Shown here piece by piece: positions 23,056 through 33,000 of a DNA stretch of 42,922 nt; position 1 is the stretch's first letter, and each line of letters starts with the position of its first letter. The stretch is from contig JABLTG010000019.1 in NCBI GenBank assembly GCA_016618085.1, positions 124,001 through 166,922 on the forward strand, given 5' to 3'. The notes below the pieces were generated by a model, which searched no databases, was not told where the DNA came from, and was given only the letters and a program-made list of their open reading frames with translations. This DNA is from Neovahlkampfia damariscottae. Taxonomy: Eukaryota. A program made the translations under genes and the position numbers.

Positions 23056-24354
23056 ATGTCATACCTTTGTCCAGTACCTCATCAATTTCTATTGCCTGTA
23101 GCACTTGTAGACATAAGTAAATATAAAGAAATACCTAAAACTTTCAAAAGAAAGCTTTGATGAGATTATTGCAATTTTGAAACCTGATAATATTCAAGGT
23201 TCAAAACTCACCACTTATAATTCAGATAAACTTAGAAAACAGTTTTTAAACAAATTATACGGTGAAAATATTAATTTCAAAGAAACTTTAACTGCTTGTG
23301 AATCTTATATTCCACAAATTCTTGGCTTGGTTGAAAGTTTTTCTGCAAAAATTACTGACGCTGACCAAGCACTTGAAACTGGAATTAGTAAGAATTATAA
23401 CTTTTTTTTTTTATTTTTTAGCTTTTGTATTTACTTCTGGTTTTCTTGATGACTATAAAAAAGGAAAAGTACTTTTAAGAAAAAATCAAATCTTCAGTCA
23501 AACATCACTTCAATTTGAACTCTTGATGGCTCATTGGGTAAGAAAAAAAAAGAATTAACTTTATTAGATGTATGGTTATCTTTTGATGAACTTTGGAGAA
23601 AATTTATTAAAATTTCCACAAGAGTCAACACAACAACAAATTGAAGAATTTGAAAAAGAAGCAACGAATTGTTATCGTTTAGCAGCAGGTGTATTTGAAT
23701 ATTTACATAATAGTATTTCAGTTTATAATCAAATTGGATTGAATATTACAGCACCTGGATTTCCAGAAACATTTTCAGTTTATCCAGAAATGCTTATGAA
23801 GTATTGCGTTACTATTGCTCAAATAATTGCCATTAAAACAGCTATTCATAAAAATAAGAGTCCAATTGTTATTGCTAAATTGTCTATTGCTGTTTATAAA
23901 TCATTTGATAAAATTAAAGTTCAATATGATGAATTACAAAAATTAGTATCTAATGTACAACATAAAGGAAATACTTCAAATTTAGATTTAGATTTTTTGA
24001 CTTTAGTAAATGATTATAGAGTCTTTTTTAGAGCTTTTTCATTGAAATATTTATCTTTAGATTATGAAAAGAAAGAGTAAGATTGTTTTGAAATATATTT
24101 TAATATTTTAAAGTATTAATGCAAGTTCTGCTTTAATCGAAACAGGATTAGCTCAAATAAAACAAATGAACTCTAATTCAAATACAAAATTTGTTGAATT
24201 TTCAACTCTTCTACAAACAGAATTAGAAGAATTGAAAGAAAAATTTAAAGTTGAAGGAAAAGTAGAAAAGGATATTAAAGAAATGATTCCAGATGGAATT
24301 ATGTTGATGAAACCTTCTCCTTTAAATATTAAATCAGCTTTTAAAACACTTTAA
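23056..24354 (+). CDS. BRO1-domain-like protein (4 introns)
   Basis: SYIPQILGL, SLQFELLMAHWMYG, ATNCYRLAAGVFEYL, PET, AQIIAIKTA, VIAKLS match the BRO1/BROX helix pattern. Confidence 0.7.
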
Positions 24355-24424
24355 TTATTTTTCAAACCCATAATTTTTTAAATAAAGGAAATTATAAAAT
24401 TTTCAAATTATTTTTTTATTTCAT

Positions 24425-24503
24425 TTGACAATGATGACCAAACTTACTCACATTGACGACAATTAATTATTACATGGGTAGTATTTCGAAAGCCTGATTT
24501 AAA
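24425..24503 (+). ncRNA. Candidate box C/D snoRNA
   Basis: C box ATGATGA 24431-24437 and D box CTGA 24494-24497 in a spacer between convergent genes; weak terminal stem; internal GGGTAGTATTTC is antisense to an LSU-rRNA-like GAAAUACYACCC. Confidence 0.45.
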
Positions 24504-24599
24504 CTAAATCTTTTTTGTTCTTTTGATTATGAAGTTCGACCAACAGATGAAAAATGAGTCAAATATCGTTGACCAATCATTATTTCTTGATTTGAAAAT

Positions 24600-25373
24600 T
24601 TATTGATTGAATTTTAAATCAGGATTGATATCTTTGACTAATTTTGAGATTTTGTAATTTTTCACTTTTTTTTCAATTTTCATTCTATTGAAATTATTTC
24701 CAATGTATTGAGTTGTTGGGACTAATGATATTCCATTTTTAAACATTTCAATTGTTACATTTGCAATATTATCACAATCATCAATTCCTGAATGATGACG
24801 ACCTTCTAATTCTAAATTATAATATTCCAACATATCTGTCATTCCATTGATTCTATTTTTAGTATATTTGGATAATAATATTTTTAAATTTGTCCATTTT
24901 TTAAAATATTTTGGAACTTGAATGTTGGATGTTTGACATTGAAGACTGTGGAAGTTTTTAATTTTTTTTGTTTTTTTTTTTTACGGTAATATTGTTTTTA
25001 AATCCCAATCTCCACAGGTTATCATTAATAGATTCTCTTGAGTTGGTTTTTCATTCATCATTGAAGTTAACCAATTTTCATGTCTTTTTCAAGTTAATTT
25101 TTTGTTTTATTACTGTTGAAGTGCTTTTTCAAAAGAAACTCCTTGTTTTACTGTTTCTGTAGTTATTCCTGTCAGTTGTGTGCAGAATTTAGTCAATTTT
25201 GGGTTATATTTTGGAGCAACATAAAACTGGAACTTTGAAACTTTTTCCAATTTTTTCTCTTCTGTGTATTGCAATAATACTGAAGGAAATTCAATTATTT
25301 CTTGTGGGTTTAGTTGAATTTTATCATCACAAGTAGCTTCAAAGTCTAATACGCATATAAATTTGTAGGACAT
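24600..25373 (-). CDS. DEDDh 3'-5' exoribonuclease, ERI1/ERI3 family (2 introns)
   Basis: VLDFEATC, EIIEFP, LTKFCTQLTGIT, TCGDWDL, LEGRHHSGIDDCDNIA. Confidence 0.93.
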
Positions 25374-25440
25374 TAGTGAGATGTGTTTAAAAATACAACG
25401 ATAAATATGATTGGTTGTGCTTTCAACTTTGAATTTGAAT

Positions 25441-25580
25441 TAATTCATGTTTTGACCGCTGTCTTAAAACTGACTTTTCCGTTCATTCTGATTAATCAGA
25501 CCAGACATTAAAATCAAGGTTTCTTTCGGGATAGGACCGTCGCCAGCAGTACTGGCAGTTTTTGGATTTCCAATAAAATT
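25441..25580 (-). ncRNA. Putative omega-RNA scaffold (plus flank-derived guide) of the Fanzor element
   Basis: Locally GC-rich segment directly after RNIFL; hairpin GCCAG-N5-CTGGC (25542-25556) and 14-bp palindrome TCTGATTAATCAGA (25487-25500); position as expected for TnpB/Fanzor omega-RNAs. Confidence 0.5.
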
Positions 25581-26036
25581 TTGTATATTCATCAGAAATA
25601 TATTTCTTGCTCCATTATAATCTCTTGGAAGAGAAAAATTACAATATTTACAATTGAAATAATCTTTTTTTTCCAAGTTTCCAATCTATTTTTCCACATG
25701 ATCCACATGTACAACTGGTATAATGTTCTGAAACTTCATGTACTTGAATAGAATCTTTTTGAGCAAGATGTTTTAATGTTTGACAAAATTGAAAATGAGA
25801 CCAATGAAGCATTTTTCTCACTGTTGTACTATGAATTTTTCTTTCCCATTTTTTAATCATTCCTTTGACTGGAAATTTTGAAATCAAAATTTCATCATTT
25901 GAGATCTTTTTCAGTATTTTCTAGTTGAACAAAAGGTCTTTTTTGTTCAACTTGAACAACTTCAAGTAAAAATAACTGGCAAAATTAAATCTAATTGGCC
26001 ACTTTTATCACAATAACCATCAATTCATTGGCCGTC
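25461..26036 (-). mobile_element. Internally deleted, non-autonomous Fanzor2/TnpB-type element (~576 bp)
   Basis: 25899-26036 is a reverse-complement match to 42486-42632 (one 9-bp indel) and is fused directly to the C-terminal part of a Fanzor/TnpB ORF; the right boundary is inferred. Confidence 0.8.
25464..25898 (-). pseudogene. Fanzor2/TnpB C-terminal fragment (RuvC-II region, zinc finger, RuvC-III), truncated and frameshifted
   Basis: ILISKFPVKGM, MLHWSHFQF, VSEHYTSCTCGSCG, FNCKYC, RDYNGARNIFL; frameshift in an 8-nt homopolymer near 25670; RuvC-I and REC/WED absent. Confidence 0.9.
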
Positions 26037-26209
26037 CTAAAATGGATGAACAGTTTCCAAAATAACTAATTTCACTTCTGGCAGAAATTTCCATTTTCAA
26101 CTACCCTCCAATGAAATCGCTCAAACTCCGAAGCATCTCCGACCAATGAGGTATAAATACTCCATTTTTAATGGAAATGGATGACTAACATTTCACAAAC
26201 ACAGACAAC

Positions 26210-26858
26210 ATGGTAAAAACACTCATTATTTTCTATTCAACATACGGACACATCTACTCATTAGTTAAAGCTGCAGCTGAAGGAGCTAAATCAGTTGAAG
26301 GTGCTGAAGTCACAATCATGGTAATTTAACAATAATATTTAACACATCTCTTAGAAAGTTAAAGAAACTCTCTCACCTGAACTTTTAGCTCAAATTGGAG
26401 GAGACAAAGCAGCTGAACAATGGAAAGATGTACCAGTTGTAACACCAGAAGACCTTACAAAACATGATGTTATTATTTTCGCTGCTCCAACAAGATTTGG
26501 TATGATGGCTGCACAAATGAAATCATTCCTTGATTCATGTGGTGGAATTTGGTTCTCTGGTGCAACAGTTGGAAAAGTTGCTGGAGTTATCACTTCAACA
26601 GCTACTCAACATGGAGGTCAAGAATCAACAATTTTGTCATTCCATACAATTTTATTACATTTTGGATTTTTAATTGGAGGTCTTCCATATAGCTTCACTG
26701 AACAAAATGGAATCGATGAAGTAAATGGTTGTTCACCATACGGAGCTTCAACAATCGCAGGAGGTCAAGGACAAAGACAACCATCTGAAACCGAGTTAAA
26801 AGGTGCTAAATTCCAAGCAGAACATTTAACAAAAATTGGTGCAAAACTCTTCAAATAA
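26210..26858 (+). CDS. wrbA: Flavodoxin-like NAD(P)H:quinone oxidoreductase, WrbA family (1 intron 26321-26354)
   Basis: IIFYSTYGH, AEGAKSV, APTRFGMMAAQMKSFLD, STATQHGGQEST, SPYGASTIAG; CCAAT and TATA upstream. Confidence 0.95.
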
Positions 26859-27088
26859 ATATATTTCATCCTAAACCTATGTATTTGTTATCTTCTGGTG
26901 ATTTATTCATCTTGAATGTGAATTCAGAAAATTATTTCTTAGCAATGTTAAAATCAACAACTTAGCGTTGGAAGAACAATTGGAATGATTAGCTAAATGA
27001 GGAAAAAATGATTTGATTGGTGAAAAAGATTGGCTGTGAGATAAAAAGGGTTTATAATTATTGTTACAAATAATTAAAACTGGACACT

Positions 27089-30000
27089 TTATTCATGAGT
27101 ACCAAATTGCCTCATTTCCATTTCCAACAGTTCAACATTTTTTTTGAAATTCATGTATCTCTTTGTCAAAACGAATCTTGACCAGGTATCAGAAATATTA
27201 ACTTTAATAGTTTTTTCAACATTCTTGAAGATATCATTTTCTAATTTTTCATATCTATTATCTACATTATTGATGGTATCAAAAATTTGTCTACAAGAAT
27301 TTGCATCAATATTAACTTCAAGTGGAGAATTTTCACCATTCAAATAGGTATAATAAATATTGAAAGCATGATCTTCTTTTTTATCTCTTTGTTTTATTCT
27401 TTGAAATTTATGAATATCACGATAACAAAGAACATTCTCTTGAGACCATTCTTCTTTAGCAAACAACAGAAACAAATCAAAAAATATTGGATCATTTAAT
27501 CTCATATCTAATTCATCCCATTCTACTGGTTTACTTTTTTTTGATATTTTTTTCAATATGATTAATACAACTGATATAAATAATGGCAGAATTCCTTGAT
27601 AAAAAGAAAATGCAAAATAAATCACACTTCTTCCAACTGAAAAAAAATATTGTCCAAATTTTTGATAAAAATCATTTTCAGTTCCAAATAACAATGCACT
27701 ATAATTGAGAAATTCAAAAAAGATGTATGAAATGAAAATAAGAAATGCAAGTATTTGTTCAATTCTAAAATAGAAAGGATCACTTCCAACAAAGAAATCA
27801 TTGATATTGTCTTTCAAAACTTTGATCCATGCATTTCTTCTATAAAATGATTTTGTTCGACTATCCATAAAATATTTAACAATATTAACTACAATATCAA
27901 CAATAGCAATAGCCAATAAAATAACGCCAAGAGATGTGTTTGTTACAAGATGAATTGTGTAAATACCATATGATTTTTCAGTTGAACATTCAAAATGTGG
28001 ATAAAATAATGTAATGAATGAAATATCAATAAATGATATAATAATCCAAAATATTGATAAAATGAAAAATGAAATACTTGGTCTTGTAAGATATTTCAAT
28101 AGCAAGATAGTTTTGAAATAATATGATCTTTTGTTATCATCAATTGATACATGTTCTTTTTCTTTATTCATATTTATCAATAAAACATATCTAAGATAAT
28201 TCAAAGGCATAATGAAAAATATTGTTGTTAAAAAATTTGAATGTAACAAAGATTGAAAAAAGCATGAATATTTTGATCGAAATTCTAAATCAAAAAAGTA
28301 ATGTTGAATTGATGATAATTTTCCTCCATATTGTGCAAATATTGCTAAAAATGGAATATATCCTCTTGATGATAATGGTTGATCATTTCTGAATTTAACA
28401 AGTGCAATGAACAATAAAATGTATATTGCAAGTTCAAATACCCAATATTCAAAAGATGAATCAGATAAACTTTTTGAGAAATTATTCAAAGAAATAGCAT
28501 CACAAGTTGATGTTGCCTCCGAAATATTAAACAATCTAGTTGTGACTGAAGTATGATATGGAAATTCTAAAGTAGCATTATTCATTGGGCGGTCAGAACA
28601 GACAATAGAAATGTAGTTGAATTTTGATAAAATCAATTCATCCATTTCGATATTGAATCTTTGTTTTTCAAGAAACGGAAATTCAGGAGGTATTTCATTT
28701 TCATTTGGCAAAAGTAACCCAATGCTCGGAGTTTTTCTTAATGATTTGATTTCATGATTTTGCAATTGTCCAAATTTGAATTTATTACCTTCAAACCAAG
28801 CAACAGCAATGAATATTGCAGTATTGATTCCATTTTTTTCATGAAACGAAATACCACTCCAACCTTTTTGTTCACATATATTTGCTTCAAGAATAAATGA
28901 TTTCTTCGTTTTATAAAATCTAACAAAGTTGTTTTTAAACACAATACAATCAGGAACAACAACTGGTTTTGTTTCATTTTTCAATTGACAATTTTTACCT
29001 GTGAAAGGCGCTTTACAAATGCAACGATCAGGTCCAGAACAAATTCCATTGCTGGAACAAACGTTTATATCATTTGATAATTTTCCAAAACAATTTGTAA
29101 TGCTGCATTCATTTCCAAAATATCCAACTTGACAAGAACAATTATTTGGTGATATACACTCTCCAAGTGAAGAACAAGCACTAATTTGATTTTTTGGTAT
29201 GTTGAAGCAATTAAATTGTGAACAATCAAAACCATAATAACCATTTTTGCAAGTACAGTTATCATTTGAGTCACAAATACCATTCCCAGAACAAACGTCT
29301 GGATCTGAAACAGTAAAACCATAGCATTTGAATGATTTTACATTTTCACAATTTTCTCCAAAATAGCCTTCAATACATTCACAACTATTCTTTGAAACAC
29401 ACTTTCCTTTTCCAGAACAGACATTTTTATCATTTTCGACTAAACCAAAACATATTGAATGTTGGCAGTATGTTCCATTGTATCCATCACTGCACTGACA
29501 AATATTTGGACCAGAACAATTACCTTTCCCTGAACAAACAGTATTGTCACTAGAATTCTTTCCATAGCAAAGATTCAATTCACATTCGTTTCCAGTATGT
29601 CCTGAGTTACAACTACAATTATTTGGTGAACCACATAAACCATTTCCAGAGCAAACAGTATTGTCACTTGAATTCTTTCCATAGCAAATATTCAGTTCAC
29701 ATTCGTTTCCAGTATGTCCTGAGTTACAACTGCAATTATTTGGAGAAATACAGGTTCCAAATCCAGAGCAAACAGTTACATCATTTGAATTCTTTTCATA
29801 ACATATCTTTAGTTCACATTCATTTCCTGTATATCCTGAATCACATGAACAATTATTTGGTACATTACACAAACCATTTCCAGAGCAAACAGTATTGTCA
29901 CTTGAATTCTTTCCATAGCAAATATTAAGTTCACATGTATTTCCTGTGTAACCATCAGAGCAACTGCAATTATTTGGAAGTATACATGTCCCATGTTGTG

Positions 30001-33000
30001 AGCAAACATATGGATCAGTAGAATTTTTATCAAAGCAGACTGGAAATTCACAAACATCTCCTGTGTAGTTTGTATCACAAATGCATGAATCTGATCCTGA
30101 ACATACACCATTTCCTGAACAACTTCCAGGTTGTGTACCATTTGTTCCAAAACATATTGGTACATGGCATCTAAGCCCAAGGAATCCATCATTACACTTG
30201 CAAGTATTTGGTGAGGTGCAATTTCCTTGAGATGTACAAACTGTTGAATCTGATGAATTTTTTCCATAGCAAATGAATAAATTACATGTTCTTCCAGTGT
30301 AGCCAGCAATACAATCACAATTGTTAGGAGAAGTGCATGTACCTTTTCCAGAGCAAACTGTGGAATCACTTGAATTTTTTTCAAAACAAATTGATAATTC
30401 ACATTGAGCACCAGTATATCCATTTTCACAAGAACAGTTATTGTATGATGAACAAACACCTTTTGAAGAACATACATTTGTGCTTGTTTCATTTATTCCA
30501 TAACAACTTCGAAATTCACATTGTAATCCAGAATAACCAGTAGTACAGCTACAATTATCTGCAGATATACAAGTTCCAACTCCAGAACNNNNNNNNNNNN
30601 NNNNNNNNNNNNNNNNNNNNNNNNNNNNNNNNNNNNNNNNNNNNNNNNNNNNNNNNNNNNNNNNNNNNNNNNNNNNNNNNNNNCACCTTTTGAAGAACAT
30701 ACATTTGTGCTTGTTTCATTTATTCCATAACAACTTCGAAATTCACATTGTAATCCAGAATAACCAGTAGTACAGCTACAATTATCTGCAGATATACAAG
30801 TTCCAACTCCAGAACAAACGGAAATATCAGTGGAATTCTTTCCAAAACAACTTGGAAATTCACATTGATTTCCTGAATACTTTTCATTGCAACTACAGTT
30901 GTTGATTGAACTACAAATTCCATTGCTAGAACATACATTTGATTCTGTTCTATTTGTTCCAAAACATGCAAAGAATTCACATTCAGCTCCTGAATAACCA
31001 GTATTGCATGTACAATTATTTAATGATCCACAAATACCTTTTCCAGAACATACATTTGAATCTGTTTCATTAATTAAAGAGCATGAATGAAATTCACAAT
31101 TTCCTCCAGAAAAACCAACATTGCAAGAACAATTATTCAACGAGTCACAGATTCCTCTGGAACTACATACGGCAGAATTTGTTTGATTTAATCCACTACA
31201 AGAATGGAATTCACATTCCAAACCAGAGTATCCAGTACTACAACTGCAACTGTTTGTTAATGAACAAACACCAAAACCAGAGCAAACATCTTTGTCAGTA
31301 GAATTTTTTCCAAAACATGTTGCAAATTCACATTGATTCCCAGAATATCCAGGATTACAAATACAATTATTAGGAGCAGTGCAGTTTCCGTGGGTTGAAC
31401 AGGCATTCTCATCTGTTGAGTTCTTTCCAAAGCATGTTGAAAATTCACATTGAATTCCAGATGAATCAGTTTGACAGCTACAAACATTCAATGATGTGCA
31501 AGTTCCTTTTGAAGAACATACATTTGTGCTTGTTTCATTTATTCCATAACAACTTCGAAATTCACATTGTAATCCAGAATAACCAGTAGTACAGCTACAA
31601 TTATCTGCAGATATACAAGTTCCAACTCCAGAACAAACGGAAATATCAGTGGAATTCTTTCCAAAACAACTTGGAAATTCACAATCATTTCCTGAATAAC
31701 CAGAAGTACAAACACATGAACCAGTGTCAACACAACTACCATGTGAAGAACAAGATGATGATACAGTAGATAACTTATTATTACATTTTGGAACATAATA
31801 AAAATGAGAATTGAAATATCTTGCTGTCACATCGACATAATGAAGACCTGAATTGATCAATTGAGGGATGTTTACTTCATTTGGCAGTGATTTGTTCCCT
31901 AATTCATAGTGCTAGAAGAAGAAGTGAGAAAGATTTTTGTTCATACCGTATTTCTTCCAAATACATACAATTTGTTTTCTGCGACCACTGCAGAATGAAC
32001 TGTGCCTGCTGCAACTTTTGAAACATTACTTAAACCATTTACTAGTGTTGGGACTGTGACCTGCGTGTCATTGATTCCCAAACCTAATTGACCACAAGAA
32101 TTTGATCCAAAAGAATATAGACTTCCATTATTTGAAATTACCAATGAATGAGCATCTCCACCGACAAAATGACGAGGATTTTCAATCCCTGGAATTAAAG
32201 TAGGAGTGTTTAAGTTCACCAACCCATTGTTTATTCCTAATTGACCATTCTGTGAAATTGTTTAGAAAATATTTGATTCACTGAATTTAGTCCTGTGCTA
32301 TAAAGTTTTCCATTTGTTTTCAAAAATAAAGTATGAGAAGATCCTGCAGCAATATCTTTTACATTAGACATAATAAACTGTCCTGCAGTCCTCTTTGTAT
32401 TAGTTCCATCTCCTAATTCACCATTCTAAAAAAATATTAATAGTTTATTCAAAATACAGCATTAAGTCCACATCCAAATGCTTCGCCAGTGACCAACAAG
32501 AATATCAAATGCTGACTTCCTGCTGCAATTGTTTTGACATTTGCGTTTGTATTGATCAGTGTAAATTTGATAATGTTGGTGGTTGATGTGCTGCATATTC
32601 TTCCATTCTTTCAAATTTACAAAAATGAAATATTTACCTTGGCATTCCCAGTTCCATAAATTTTCCCATCAGTTAATATTACTCCAAATTCATCACCGTG
32701 AACAAATTGTTTAATCTTTGTTGATATATAGGATATTGAATATGGAGTTAATTTGGATCGATAACTTTTATGGCCAAGTACACCCCACTAAATAATTAAG
32801 AAAAATACAAAAATTACTCTTCCCCATCCTTGAACGGATAATCTGTCATTTCTGTTCAGTAAATACGAAGCATCTAATGCATTTCCTATTCTTTTATATT
32901 GAACTGGTATTTTATAATTTGAAACTGGGGTTCTTGCAATTTGTCCTCGACGGTCATCACCAAAACTATATGATACATTATTAGATAATGCAAATGCATG

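Noticed and set aside
29065..31796. Alternative-frame and antisense ORFs in the EGF array
   Set aside because: By-products of Cys/Gly/Asn repeat codon usage.
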